Source: a virus (lineage: Duplodnaviria; Caudoviricetes). From it: a DNA stretch of 64,000 bases. Numbering within the stretch: position 1 is the first letter of the stretch; every line of letters starts with the position of its first letter. Made by a program: the position numbers and the translations under genes. Under the pieces are notes generated by a model. The model was not told the origin of the DNA and searched no databases. It saw only the letters and a program-made list of their open reading frames with translations. The stretch spans positions 20,653-84,652 of the IMG/VR virus record IMGVR_UViG_3300028797_000148. The stretch is one strand, 5' to 3'. Positions 47,101 through 55,687 of the stretch are shown piece by piece.

Positions 47101-47466
47101 TGGCAATCCGAGGTTAAGGAAATCTTCGACGCTTACATGGATGCCTTCGGTATCGAATACGGTCAAAACAAGGCTGGCAGCACGATTTCAGCATTGCAGC
47201 AGGGCATACAAGGCGTTACGGAAACGACCGCTGGAGCTATTGAGGCATACCTTAACGGCGTTAGCCAGCAAGTGTACCTGCAAAGCGATACCTTGATGCA
47301 GATTCGCGATATGCTTGTTACATTCGACCTTGACGTGCAGGTTGCAACGATGTCGCAGATGCTCTTGCAGTTGCAGCAAAGCTATCAAGTGCAATTGGCT
47401 ATACAGAATATTCTTAACGGCTGGTCTAATCCTTCGGGTATGGCCGTTCGTGTTGAAATGGTTTAA
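41122..47466 (+). CDS. Tape measure protein
   Basis: 2114 aa, helical; SPFTLMELGTAAKQLTAY..RRLADLSAALG tape-measure domain. Confidence 0.92.
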   Translation: MAANDDVLIVGKLDSKELEKSINDLIDFVGDKTTIMAGKFDSAMDKMKSAMKDFAITQKVSVDLMKEAWKDMSASFDAMVAAQSGATGGGKGKEPKEYAPNTIGALEQEIEKRQQNRKEMELDSDALRQENKLIEERNRKLAEQKGLNTMAAQAKKAGEEIRVAFSHPANSLEQAEAKLAKLKALAANWKGKGVLDETQWNKIQNAIDRTEKSIEKFKMSAMTLKDLKLLPEKSVDDITKKLQALKHIQIDPKNATQVKKLGDEYQRLSRMQNELLGRSIQLTKSNNYLAQSFGYIRNRIVYALTLGAATSFVKQVYDIRAQYELLERSLGVLIGSFERGSRIFQELNTMALKSPFTLMELGTAAKQLTAYNFQANEVVNTTRRLADLSAALGVPMERLTYNLGQIRAQTVLTARDARDFANAGLPIVKSLADHFSELEGRVVSTGDVYDRMSKKAVSYNDVMAVLNKMTDEGGKFFDFQAKQAETLRVQLANLTLAWNNMLNAVGKENQGMLTLPITALKSLFQNWKELSHVISEVVIALGLYKGTQLVVNKLVGESAMVMRKSILMDKEKAASELQREGTVRRLLVSEQKQIANKKKVVAADYQAILSTRELSKTQALLLAAFNKNDKELMKALVKLKLLKKSEIENITVGKAFSLVIKQMGISLASLGKTIAMFLPQMAAMAAIGAIVEAVYTFSEISDKIRDINKSIVDSAKESADSIAQFMKDYSETYKKVFEYQEKVQKNGVPAIATKDGIPQYKNLNDAEALKAWGAIREQIELSSAASGVFIDKLMQIEDVNDRVRAGFNYLQQIHDINGALESLDDKAVTINGDWSKWWNLWSLPDGLIDNLKDYSEQLDKVIEKWGSLANAKGAAIQKQAGAEGDLHDVQAQFTTFSNDLKDTISSMFNAFSSVGINTAEGMREAFERSNNQILADANLSSKEQLQYRMAAEEEFIAQRKAQFQEEYDFEIEQGNAARAARVKQEEEAWLASFGSGKAVSQAFFDWLKNQHASEINSMFGKMSRRELEQIDWSQPKWQKWAQDNAESFSKQYGISFDKLKGLVADANTWKIFLKLTITTDEKGVYDTLKDADAAANAAWTKIQRLKQRQAELNKIPATSLTDEQNEEAKNLITELTQAQNDYNEAVAKGGHASKQAKANAKAQKTAEQEVNEALRQELSIIREVQSNYDKLRKSGVDDMQAAQLAAQGYADTLSRVNNILAKYGISKFNAKDFAGKDTRAILETLQKQRNDLIASGKVKTAGLKDMDVEIQKLTVEAKTYDYKKITDGLNSELGKIKDEYEFAIELDANPELGSLFANAIGLDPQKIADLPHTIDDVISRMQTSVDKWLNEGGITTPFDVLMGDLDSLDGLDKSSTLFKAVESAQKTVRELWKKDADETIKNWNKLLEKYAEYEYKANTIQNNATKEREAFVKRFGNKDQRVKALELSTSILATDDPTEKAKLIKELKDLCEEVAANDGTKLNIKVAIDKQEVSDLANLAFEEFKKTPEWIVATGNLSGMTEKAIGGLIRRIEQYKKSAKGLTDKQIKEINRALKQLHTQQRQGNPFKAIGNALDEAKERAEEFKPELEKTQEAIKKLEDEEKKEGKLSEEKAKQLKTLKERLEEIKALSNVSAGEIVGFINDAISAASQAVSMFGEMAEAMGGRGMTSAAKTIKDVVGILEKGGQGAAIGAQIGGGYGAIIGAAAGVLTGIVTTFADAWSGNAAITEKVEESNRAVKRLTNTYKELEEAVNDAYGAVELGTKRAVISNKELQLAETKRQLQLEESRKEKNRDEDRIEELKGQIIDLEIEIRNSTKEIVNDLLDISSVGDAAESMVASMIEAFKNGEDYMSAYSDSFENMIDNMIMKAIVGKVIGEKMEEMFSQVEKMAKERADKQTMTWDELTGVNADWANLLGAWFSWGYGGYMKDDDYLPTGQQTFAQLFDYINKKIANAESEEVKKQYEEYLKKLQELYTKAAIPTPEDVEGIRNMRDTWQSEVKEIFDAYMDAFGIEYGQNKAGSTISALQQGIQGVTETTAGAIEAYLNGVSQQVYLQSDTLMQIRDMLVTFDLDVQVATMSQMLLQLQQSYQVQLAIQNILNGWSNPSGMAVRVEMV

Positions 47467-47471
47467 TTTTC

Positions 47472-48077
47472 GTGATTATGGATAATGGAATGTTAGCATT
47501 TTACAAGGCCGCATTACAAGGGGAGATAACAGCCCCCTTGTGTGCGGAATACAAAACCGAGTGGCGCAAATGCGGTGATGATAAGGAAAAGCTTGTTAAG
47601 CTGGTTATGCGCCAGCAGAGCCTCCCGTATTTCATTACACATTGCTATCAAGGCAAGGGATTAAGCAAGGAGTATATCCTCAAGAACTTTCCCGATTTCA
47701 TTAACGGGAAACGCCCGATTCTTGATGCAGACCTCGTTAAAGGGTATTCTTATGCTATCTACGTTGATTTTAAGGCCATTTGCAAGCCCGACAACGATGT
47801 TACGGCCTTTATGTGGTGTAATTGCCCGCAGCTCGAAATTAAAGCCGCCAAATGCCCTAATTTCTATATTGGGGCTGGCAGCGAGATACACCTCGTTTGC
47901 GATGGGTACAATTCTCCGCACATCTACCTTTTCGATGATAGCAGGCTAATCATTGAAGATGCTGATGATACTTGCAGCATTGTGGTGTACCGATATTCGC
48001 GTAACGCCACCGTTGAGAAAGGCAAATACTGCACTACTGATAACATTAAGATTTTCGACAAAGAACTAAGATTATAA
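47472..48077 (+). CDS. Hypothetical protein after the tape measure
   Basis: 201 aa. Confidence 0.65.
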   Translation: MIMDNGMLAFYKAALQGEITAPLCAEYKTEWRKCGDDKEKLVKLVMRQQSLPYFITHCYQGKGLSKEYILKNFPDFINGKRPILDADLVKGYSYAIYVDFKAICKPDNDVTAFMWCNCPQLEIKAAKCPNFYIGAGSEIHLVCDGYNSPHIYLFDDSRLIIEDADDTCSIVVYRYSRNATVEKGKYCTTDNIKIFDKELRL

Positions 48078-48081
48078 GATT

Positions 48082-48579
48082 ATGGCAAACAATTCATCAA
48101 ACAGATATTTTGCAAAGAACACGGCCAACGGTTCGTTTTCCGACATAACGACTCTTTACGACGGTGTTGCAATACTTAAAGTCGACGGTATGCTTGGTAA
48201 GGGTAAGCCCGTGAACATATACACGGCTCAATGGGTGAACTCCCAGCAGGAGGACTTTATGATAACCACATTCGATAATCAGAACAATCCCGTTGTGATA
48301 CGTGAAAATGTGGATATTGACATTACGTTCATCGTTCGAAAGAAATATGCAACCACACAAACTGGATTTGATGTCCGTGCGGTACACGACAGCTTTGCGT
48401 CGTTCCTAACGGACAGCGATGTTTGGATTAAGTCCGCATATCTTGGGAACAAATACGTGCATTGCGTGTGCTTAAAGGAATACAAGCCGACAACGGTAAA
48501 ACTTGGACGTGGCGACAATTCCTATATCATAGGCACTATAACCCTGCACACGCTTGATGCACCAGCGATAGATTCTTAA
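48082..48579 (+). CDS. Distal tail (Dit)-like protein, putative
   Basis: 165 aa beta-rich; last gene of the tail operon. Confidence 0.45.
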   Translation: MANNSSNRYFAKNTANGSFSDITTLYDGVAILKVDGMLGKGKPVNIYTAQWVNSQQEDFMITTFDNQNNPVVIRENVDIDITFIVRKKYATTQTGFDVRAVHDSFASFLTDSDVWIKSAYLGNKYVHCVCLKEYKPTTVKLGRGDNSYIIGTITLHTLDAPAIDS

Positions 48580-48650
48580 AGTGTTGATTTCAGTTTAAGT
48601 TAATAAAAAAATTAAGATTTGTTGAAGTTGCCATTAGCGAATGGTACAAG

Positions 48651-48688
48651 AAAAGCCACCGTCCGCGAGGATAGTGGCCTTTCTTTTC
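48651..48688. terminator. Bidirectional terminator between convergent blocks
   Basis: AAAAGCCAC-CGTCCGCGAGGATA-GTGGC-CTTTCTTTT. Confidence 0.55.
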
Positions 48689-48710
48689 GACAATAAATAG
48701 ATAAGCTGGC

Positions 48711-49151
48711 TTAGAAAAACTTCTTCCACCAAGGCTTACGGAGGTCTTCGACGGTAGCCTCAAGCTCCGTGATATAATCCTTGTTGGCAGCGGCCTCGGC
48801 CTCCAGCTTATTCTTCTTTTGGATAAGCTCACGCACCTGCTCCTGCAAGCCGTTGACGACCTTGTCCTTTTCGGCGATTTTCTCATCCTTTTCCTTGATG
48901 GACTGTCCCAGCTGCTTGACCTCGGCCAAGTGGTTCTTTTGCATAACGTCCATTTCGGCAATGCGCTTTTCGTTAAGCTCATCACCCTCCTTGTCGAGCT
49001 GCTTGAGGTGGGCAATCTGCTTTTTGTAGTTCGCATTGGATGTCTTGAATCCGCTAATCTGCTTTTTCAAGGAGGCGTTTTCCTTCATCAACTCTTCGTT
49101 GTCGCCTTTGAGGGTTTGAATGGTTTGCTCCATGCTGTTCTTACTTGCCAT
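48711..49151 (-). CDS. Coiled-coil protein ending KPWWKKFF
   Basis: 146 aa of heptad repeats. Confidence 0.65.
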   Translation of the reverse strand: MASKNSMEQTIQTLKGDNEELMKENASLKKQISGFKTSNANYKKQIAHLKQLDKEGDELNEKRIAEMDVMQKNHLAEVKQLGQSIKEKDEKIAEKDKVVNGLQEQVRELIQKKNKLEAEAAANKDYITELEATVEDLRKPWWKKFF

Positions 49152-49196
49152 AATTACGTAATTTTAAAGAGTTAGAAAATATGATGTTATATAACA

Positions 49197-49604
49197 CTAA
49201 AAGTCGGGTTTCTTGTATTCGTCGATATTCGGTATCTCGCTGCCATGCAGGAGGCTTTCCTTTACAAGATTCTGCTCCATCTTTACCGTAGAACGGGGAT
49301 AGCTTGCAAGGTTCATACATTGCCCTATAACGGAATATCCCTGCACGATGGTTTCTTTATCAATGGCATAAGGGAATACCTCGCCCTTGATTTCTACCAG
49401 CATACCGTTGTTAAAGTGATTGTTGATGTACTTTACAAGTCCCTGCTTAAAGATAACCTTCCAAGAAAGGTACTTATCATCAACGACCTCGCCGCTGGAT
49501 TTCTTGTAGCCTTTCTTGAACTCCGAAACAAAAACGAAACAGCCGCCTTGGTTCGGTAGGTACTTTATGTTATCAACGAATCCTATAATTGTAATATTCG
49601 CCAT
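49197..49604 (-). CDS. Single-stranded DNA-binding-like OB-fold protein
   Basis: N-terminal ITIIGFV, LVEIKGEV, C-terminus EYKKPDF. Confidence 0.5.
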   Translation of the reverse strand: MANITIIGFVDNIKYLPNQGGCFVFVSEFKKGYKKSSGEVVDDKYLSWKVIFKQGLVKYINNHFNNGMLVEIKGEVFPYAIDKETIVQGYSVIGQCMNLASYPRSTVKMEQNLVKESLLHGSEIPNIDEYKKPDF

Positions 49605-49606
49605 AT

Positions 49607-49858
49607 CTATTCTTTTTCTTTGTATGCGATGCAGGCTATATCCGTAACCTTTATCGTCTTATATCCGCTGTTGCTGCGTTTAGACGGTTGCAGGGTACAG
49701 CATTGCACCACCTTGTTAGAGTGTTCGTTAAGTGCAAAACGCTTGCGCCAAGCGCATGTACGGCATTTCTTTTTCCAAACAACCTTGCTGACATCCAATT
49801 CGGAAAACAAGGCCATCTGTCGCACCTTTACGCTGTCTATCGTGTCGAACTTACCCAT
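49607..49858 (-). CDS. Small Cys-rich protein
   Basis: CRTC, CC and C residues; QMALF near the N-terminus. Confidence 0.55.
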   Translation of the reverse strand: MGKFDTIDSVKVRQMALFSELDVSKVVWKKKCRTCAWRKRFALNEHSNKVVQCCTLQPSKRSNSGYKTIKVTDIACIAYKEKE

Positions 49859-50342
49859 TCTTCTTTTTGTTTTCGGGGTACAAATCATGCACGTAGCACC
49901 AACGCTTAACCTCGTATGTCGGGTCTATGCTACACCAGCTTGAATACATGATGTCGCCATTCTCGTTTATGCCAACGGGCGCACCGTCAGCCCACGACCA
50001 AAGCTTACCGCTGTAACGCGCAATATAGATATGCCCGTCAACCATTTCGGCAAGGCAGTTACGGTCGGGTTTCGGCAGGTTTATTTCGGGATTGTTCCAA
50101 AGCATATCCAAAGCCTCCCTGCGCCCTATTTCATACGACTTGCGGTTCACGTAAAGCAAAGCACCTCCATTGGGATTCTCCAGCATGTGAAGCATACCAT
50201 TGATGAAATGCTGCTCCGTTTCAACCTTCCAAAGCGTCTGCAAGCCTTTCGGCAGATGGTGGAAAAGCTCGCTTTCTACGTTAAACGAGTATTCCTGCGC
50301 ATCCTCCTTGAACGCCTTGTCTAATTTCGTTATTTCTGCCAT
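49851..50342 (-). CDS. Hypothetical protein
   Basis: 163 aa. Confidence 0.6.
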   Translation of the reverse strand: MAEITKLDKAFKEDAQEYSFNVESELFHHLPKGLQTLWKVETEQHFINGMLHMLENPNGGALLYVNRKSYEIGRREALDMLWNNPEINLPKPDRNCLAEMVDGHIYIARYSGKLWSWADGAPVGINENGDIMYSSWCSIDPTYEVKRWCYVHDLYPENKKKNG

Positions 50343-50346
50343 ATCG

Positions 50347-50496
50347 CTATTTTGCTTTTTCGTAATTGCACTTTTCTATGATATAATAGCCGTTTATTAT
50401 CTTTCCAGCATTAACGTCCATTGCCCTTGCAAACTGCGCACAAGAAAATCTTTCGGGGCATGTTACGTCGCAGCATATAGACACGCTATTTTCCAT
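50347..50496 (-). CDS. Small Cys-rich hypothetical protein
   Basis: MENSVSICCDVTCPERFSC...; start at 50496 avoids overlap with 50486..50902. Confidence 0.45.
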   Translation of the reverse strand: MENSVSICCDVTCPERFSCAQFARAMDVNAGKIINGYYIIEKCNYEKAK

Positions 50497-50902
50497 CCTT
50501 TCTGTTTTCGTATTGGAAAAGCATACCAACGATGGCACGGCAGAAATCATACTGCGATGTCTGCTTTGGCAGCTTATCCCAATTATGGCACAGCCAGTCG
50601 GCCAGCTTATCCATGCCACCAAGCTTAGATAACGGCGTTTCTTGGATGTCCGATGCCTTTAGGCAAAGGAAGCAGTCATGCAGGTATTTGCCCGTTGTAT
50701 AGCTTTTGCCGTACAAGTGCTTAACAACTACCCAAACGCCCTCATCCAATCCTTTGTCTATACACATGGATTGTGGCTCATACGCTACTTTCTTTCCGTG
50801 CAAGACCTTTCGGTACAGCACATTATCAAAAGGCGGCTCGGGCTCTTGATAAACCCGATACCGTCCCTTTTCATCCTTGTAGTAAAGCTTTTGCTGCTGC
50901 AT
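50486..50902 (-). CDS. Hypothetical protein
   Basis: 138 aa. Confidence 0.6.
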   Translation of the reverse strand: MQQQKLYYKDEKGRYRVYQEPEPPFDNVLYRKVLHGKKVAYEPQSMCIDKGLDEGVWVVVKHLYGKSYTTGKYLHDCFLCLKASDIQETPLSKLGGMDKLADWLCHNWDKLPKQTSQYDFCRAIVGMLFQYENRKDGK

Positions 50903-50904
50903 GG

Positions 50905-51405
50905 TTAGTTGCCTTTGGGATTGTTACGCTTGCGCCCGTTCTTACCGTGACGGTTGCTGGGTGCTGGTACATGATTCTCCTTACGCCACTTGATAGCACT
51001 TGGCAGCGGGCAGTTGAAACGCTCGTCGCAGTCGGTGCAATCCTCGTCGGCATCATCAACCATTCCTTGCAGGCGGTCGCGGAGGTTCTCAAGGGTTTTC
51101 TTTGCGGCCATCGAAATCATCGGCATAAGGCGTAGCACGATACGTCTGCCAGCATCGCCGTGTTTCTTGATGATAGCACCAAGGGCATCCATAACGCCCT
51201 CTGCAAAGATTTTGCCATCCTTGATGTCGTCGCCGTAGTAATCATCAAGTACGGTGGCAATAGCAGCGGCAATGTCGATGCCATCATTGCAGGAATCAAA
51301 ATAGTGGACGTTGTCCTTCTCATCCTTGTAGATAACAACAACGGACTCGGTTTTGCCAACCATGTTAATTAACTCATCAATTTTCTTTTCAACTTTCTTG
51401 CTCAT
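50905..51405 (-). CDS. Hypothetical protein
   Basis: 166 aa; CTDC...CP near the C-terminus; follows a promoter. Confidence 0.65.
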   Translation of the reverse strand: MSKKVEKKIDELINMVGKTESVVVIYKDEKDNVHYFDSCNDGIDIAAAIATVLDDYYGDDIKDGKIFAEGVMDALGAIIKKHGDAGRRIVLRLMPMISMAAKKTLENLRDRLQGMVDDADEDCTDCDERFNCPLPSAIKWRKENHVPAPSNRHGKNGRKRNNPKGN

Positions 51406-51460
51406 TTTCGTAAACGTTTTAAAAGTAACTATATTAATTATTAATAAAGGAAATCTGCCG

Positions 51461-51492
51461 CAAAGGTAGTATTTATTTTGGCATATTCCAAA
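51461..51492 (-). promoter_or_regulatory. Bacteroidota promoter
   Basis: Reverse strand TTTG-N20-TACCTTTG. Confidence 0.7.
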
Positions 51493-51526
51493 GAAATTAC
51501 ATTATTTAACCAAACTTTAACGCTTT

Positions 51527-53671
51527 TTAGAATGGTGCATCACTATCAATAGGTGGTGCAAACGGCATATCGCCTACGGCATAGGGCGCATCGCTTTGCT
51601 CGGTATATACCTCCGCACGTTCGTTTTCATTAAAGGACATTGTGCCTTGAACGGGCTCGGCCTCCCAGCCATAGTGTATATTCTCATCGGGCGTATTCTT
51701 GAAACGGCGGCTTTCGAGCTCATAGTGCAAGCCTACCAGCACATCACAAACGCCATACATACGGTTTTTGGATATTTCCACCACGTTTCCAAAACACGAA
51801 TAACGCTGTATCTGCGACTGCCCGTAGAACTCCGCGCCAGCCTTTAGGAAATCTTGGTTTACACGGTGTGCGATAAACACGTTATCAACGGCGTTTGTAA
51901 GGTCGGCAGTTCCCGATATATCAGCCTTACGCAAGAAAGCCAATGATTTACGCGGGTGCGCAACAATGATAATATGAACGTTGTTTGTCTTTGCGAAATC
52001 CTTCAATTGCAGGATAAGGTTTTTCTGCTTATTGTTCTTGTCGCCCTCCAGCAGGTCTATATCCAATGCCATAAGGTTGTCAAGAATAAACACTTTCACG
52101 CCAGCCTTCAAAAGCTCCTTCATGTCGTGAAAGACCTCCTCCCATGTGTTGCCGTATTCGTTATTGAAAAGGAAGAACTTACCGTCCATCCAATCGTCGA
52201 TGCGCTTTGCTATATTGTTCGGCACGAAATACTTTCCGTCGCCGTATTGGGATAGTTTAAGATTCTCCTTTCCTGCGGCCACCATCTGAATCCATGCCTT
52301 TAGGATATGTGCTGGCAGCTCGCCGCTGAACAATGCGCTCGGTGCGCCCTGCTGCAAGAAATTGCATATAAGCGTATTCAAAAGCGAGGATTTTCCCGAT
52401 GCGTTACCGCCCGAAAGCAAAGTAACCTCACACTCGGCCAATCCAAGGAGCAGGCGGTCTATTTCATTGATGCCCGTCTTGATACGCGGGATAGATGATA
52501 AGTCCACCTTTTGAATATCACCCATGCAAAGCCATTTCTTACCCAATTCGGGCAATTCCTCCTTTATCTGATAGCGGGGCTTTTGCGGGGCATAGATGCG
52601 GGGCGCATACTGCGGCTGATAGGCAGGACGGTCGTATGCCGTTGGCTCATAGAACAAACGTACATCATGCCATGTCTTGTCCTTGCAATGGCTGTGTGTG
52701 CAGTTGAACGTGATTTTACCGTCGTTGTCAACAAACAATGCGCTATCCCATTTCTTGCGGTCGCTATGCGTATCTACCCAAGGGCAGTACTCAAGCTCAT
52801 AAAGGGTGCTTGTGCCGCTTTTCTTTTCGCGGTACTTGATGCCGTGCTCGTTAAGCCACGTAACCAAATCAAACGGGGTGTTATTGCCTTGATATTGCGG
52901 CCTGCGGTTGGGGGCTACCTTTGGCTCTTCCTTTGGCAGCAGGTCGGCTATCTTTTGGAATAGCTCATCATCATTTGGCGACAAATCGGCTGGCACTTTC
53001 ACGATTTCGGCAATTCGCCATTTTCGGTCGGGCGTATCAGAGCCTTTCTTAGCCCATGTGCCTATAAGCTTGTCGATGCGGGCAGGGTTAAAAACCTTCT
53101 CGTCAATCTCCACGTTCGCGTCAGAAAACATCTTTGATAGCGACTGCAAGAAACGCTTAACAAGCTCGTTATGCTCTTCATCGTTAGGCATGTCGCACGG
53201 GAGGTACACATGCCAGCCGTTTCCCGATTTCGTGATTATCGGCTCTTTGAATCCAGCACCGATAAGATAGCGGAATACATCAACGGCCTTTAGGTGTGCT
53301 TTCTCAAACTCATCATCGCTTGCGCTGATGCCAGCAGCACGGCTTGGGTCGAGGTCTATAAGCACCATGCGCCGACGGGTAATATCGCCATCGTTGGTCG
53401 TTGACTTCGGTTTCTTTACGAATGTGTCGTGCTGCTCACGGCTGTATAGCGCATCATTGATTTCGTTGAGCGTGAAATACGCCTGCATCGCGCCGTAATA
53501 CTGATAGTTGTTATGGTCTAACAACGGGCGCAATTGTGCAATAAGCGTATCAATATCGCGAAAGTAGCCGCTGTATGCCGCCTTACCAAGCAGGCGTATC
53601 TCAACGAGCTTTCCCTGCGGGTTGAACAGCTGCCACCATTGCCTTATTTGGCCTTCATTAATTTCGTACAT
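51527..53671 (-). CDS. Primase-helicase fusion (AEP-type primase, Zn finger, SF4/DnaB-like helicase)
   Basis: LIDLD and SGNGWHVY (AEP), CPWVDTH..CTHSHC, Walker A GGNASGKS, FILDNL, VAHPRK, KNR. Confidence 0.85.
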   Translation of the reverse strand: MYEINEGQIRQWWQLFNPQGKLVEIRLLGKAAYSGYFRDIDTLIAQLRPLLDHNNYQYYGAMQAYFTLNEINDALYSREQHDTFVKKPKSTTNDGDITRRRMVLIDLDPSRAAGISASDDEFEKAHLKAVDVFRYLIGAGFKEPIITKSGNGWHVYLPCDMPNDEEHNELVKRFLQSLSKMFSDANVEIDEKVFNPARIDKLIGTWAKKGSDTPDRKWRIAEIVKVPADLSPNDDELFQKIADLLPKEEPKVAPNRRPQYQGNNTPFDLVTWLNEHGIKYREKKSGTSTLYELEYCPWVDTHSDRKKWDSALFVDNDGKITFNCTHSHCKDKTWHDVRLFYEPTAYDRPAYQPQYAPRIYAPQKPRYQIKEELPELGKKWLCMGDIQKVDLSSIPRIKTGINEIDRLLLGLAECEVTLLSGGNASGKSSLLNTLICNFLQQGAPSALFSGELPAHILKAWIQMVAAGKENLKLSQYGDGKYFVPNNIAKRIDDWMDGKFFLFNNEYGNTWEEVFHDMKELLKAGVKVFILDNLMALDIDLLEGDKNNKQKNLILQLKDFAKTNNVHIIIVAHPRKSLAFLRKADISGTADLTNAVDNVFIAHRVNQDFLKAGAEFYGQSQIQRYSCFGNVVEISKNRMYGVCDVLVGLHYELESRRFKNTPDENIHYGWEAEPVQGTMSFNENERAEVYTEQSDAPYAVGDMPFAPPIDSDAPF

Positions 53672-53678
53672 ATATAGA

Positions 53679-54305
53679 TTACTTGTTTATCCAAACCCTA
53701 AAATTCGCATCCCACATTATATCGCCACGATTATTGTTAAGCATGATAGTTGCACCGTCGGGACGGTTCTCATCCGTATAACCATCGGAAATGAAACCAT
53801 CGAAATTGCCTATATACATGTATTTCTGATAATAATCGTTCCAATTCAATGCGCCACCGCATATCGGCCTATAAACAGAATCGCAGCTATCCTCCTTTGT
53901 CGGGTCGTAGATAATCTGATTGTTTGCAAACACTACCGTCTTGTAAACCTTATCGCGGAGGTAACGCTCGAAATCCTTGCAGTATTGAATATCCCTGCTG
54001 GAGACGTATGCCTTGATATGGGGCAGGACGCTTTCCTTTTCACGTTCGGACATTTTCTTCCAATAATCCAAAGCCTTTTTCTTTGAGCCCTTTCTGTTGT
54101 ATGCCTTCCAGCACTCCTCGAAAAGCTCCTTGTTAGGCGCAAGCGTCCTTACATAGTCCACAATCTCGGCCATAGTGTCGAAATCCAGCCCATCATCTAT
54201 AACGATGCCGTTGTCCTCGATTTCGATAATGCCGCGAGTGTCGGCCTTTAACAAGATGTCCCTAACGCGGGCTATCTGCTCGTCTGTTGTTAATCGTAAT
54301 GCCAT
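53679..54305 (-). CDS. Putative replication initiator/helicase loader
   Basis: FEECWKAYNRKGSKKKA..W...FERYL pattern of phage replisome organisers; next to the helicase. Confidence 0.4.
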   Translation of the reverse strand: MALRLTTDEQIARVRDILLKADTRGIIEIEDNGIVIDDGLDFDTMAEIVDYVRTLAPNKELFEECWKAYNRKGSKKKALDYWKKMSEREKESVLPHIKAYVSSRDIQYCKDFERYLRDKVYKTVVFANNQIIYDPTKEDSCDSVYRPICGGALNWNDYYQKYMYIGNFDGFISDGYTDENRPDGATIMLNNNRGDIMWDANFRVWINK

Positions 54306-54323
54306 AATCTTTCTTATTATGTG

Positions 54324-54830
54324 TTATACAAAAACAAAATTATAACCGTTGGTGTTTTTTCTTTCACCACGCGCAACCCTCGCCACCGTATTACGTGTTA
54401 TACCAAGTAAAGCCTCGGCCTCTTGGCAAGAGTTGTAAACCATTCCGTTATTAAGGCATTTTACTTTTTTATATTTATATGCCTTGTTTTCGCGGTTGGC
54501 AAACTGAATATCTTTGGTAGCCCAGCGTAAATTTGATAGATTATTATTTAACGTGTTTCTATCAATATGGTCTACACTAACACCGTCCTTTATGCCTTCG
54601 GGGTGAAATGTTTGCATTATTACCTGCTGCAAGCGAAAACGGTTATGTTCAATACATACAACAACATACCCTCTTTTATCGGGCTTTGTTGACGGTATAG
54701 TCCCGTTCGCACGTTTTATGTTTCCTAAGTTCGATACACTCACCATGCCTTTCAAGTCTATCCATCTGACAATTTCCAAGCACTCGTTGTAACGTGCCAT
54801 TCTTGTTACGGGCTTCCAAATTTCTTTCAT
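54324..54830 (-). CDS. NUMOD4-HNH-NUMOD1 homing endonuclease
   Basis: EIWKPV..VSNLGNI, VDHIDRNTLNNNLSNLRW, YNSCQEA..LGI. Confidence 0.88.
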   Translation of the reverse strand: MKEIWKPVTRMARYNECLEIVRWIDLKGMVSVSNLGNIKRANGTIPSTKPDKRGYVVVCIEHNRFRLQQVIMQTFHPEGIKDGVSVDHIDRNTLNNNLSNLRWATKDIQFANRENKAYKYKKVKCLNNGMVYNSCQEAEALLGITRNTVARVARGERKNTNGYNFVFV

Positions 54831-54931
54831 ATTTTACCTATCTTTTAGTTTAAGCCTATCATTTAAAAAAGTGGAAGGGGTGATAGGCTTACCCCTTATC
54901 AGATGGTGGCCAAACCACCCTATCCACTTTG

Positions 54932-54962
54932 CAAAGTTACACAATAGTTTCCATATAGCAAA
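54932..54962 (-). promoter_or_regulatory. Promoter of the HNH gene
   Basis: Reverse strand TTTG-N19-TAACTTTG. Confidence 0.65.
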
Positions 54963-54982
54963 ATATATTATGTTATTATTTG

Positions 54983-55684
54983 CTAAAACAGCGATAATTG
55001 CTGAACTACGCCGCCATCCTTTGTTTTCTGTATGCCGTTTATTATCCTATCAAAACGTTCGTTCGCTGCATTGAAATACAAAGGCGAAATCTCGCATCCT
55101 ACATAATGCAAACCAAGCTTGTATGCGGCTATCCTACTGCTACCGCTACCGAATGTTGGGTCAAACACAAGGTCGCCAGCTTTTGCATAGTTTTTGAAAA
55201 TCCACGCATACAATTCAATAGGTTTTGCTGTTGGGTGAAAACGCTTATCATCGGGCTTGCTAAGTTGGCTGAACTCCACTATCTTTGCATTTCCTTGAAA
55301 GCTCGTCCACGCATACTCGCACATGGCCATAGAGAAATTTTCGGGAATCTGCTTTTTCCATATCAAGAAACAGCGTGTGGCAGGCATACCGTCGAAATAG
55401 TTAGCACCCCAAATAATCTGATTCTTGCTCACACGGAAAAGCTCCTCGAAGAAATCATCATCGGGTGCTTTATCCCATTCATCAATGTCGATGGGATTAC
55501 CGTCCACTTGGCGATAGCGGTTGAAACGGCCTTTGTGGAATCGGCCACCCTTGATGAAAGCCTCGCTGCCGCCATGTCCGTAAGGCGGGTCGGCTACGGC
55601 TAAATCAAAATAATCATCGGGCAGCGTTTTCATATATTCCACGCAATCCATGTTGAACACATCGCTCCTAAGTTCTTTTTCCAT
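54983..55684 (-). CDS. DNA methyltransferase, beta class (MTase 2)
   Basis: ADPPY, HPTAKP, FDPTFGSGSS; ends QQLSLF. Confidence 0.92.
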   Translation of the reverse strand: MEKELRSDVFNMDCVEYMKTLPDDYFDLAVADPPYGHGGSEAFIKGGRFHKGRFNRYRQVDGNPIDIDEWDKAPDDDFFEELFRVSKNQIIWGANYFDGMPATRCFLIWKKQIPENFSMAMCEYAWTSFQGNAKIVEFSQLSKPDDKRFHPTAKPIELYAWIFKNYAKAGDLVFDPTFGSGSSRIAAYKLGLHYVGCEISPLYFNAANERFDRIINGIQKTKDGGVVQQLSLF

Positions 55685-55687
55685 ATA

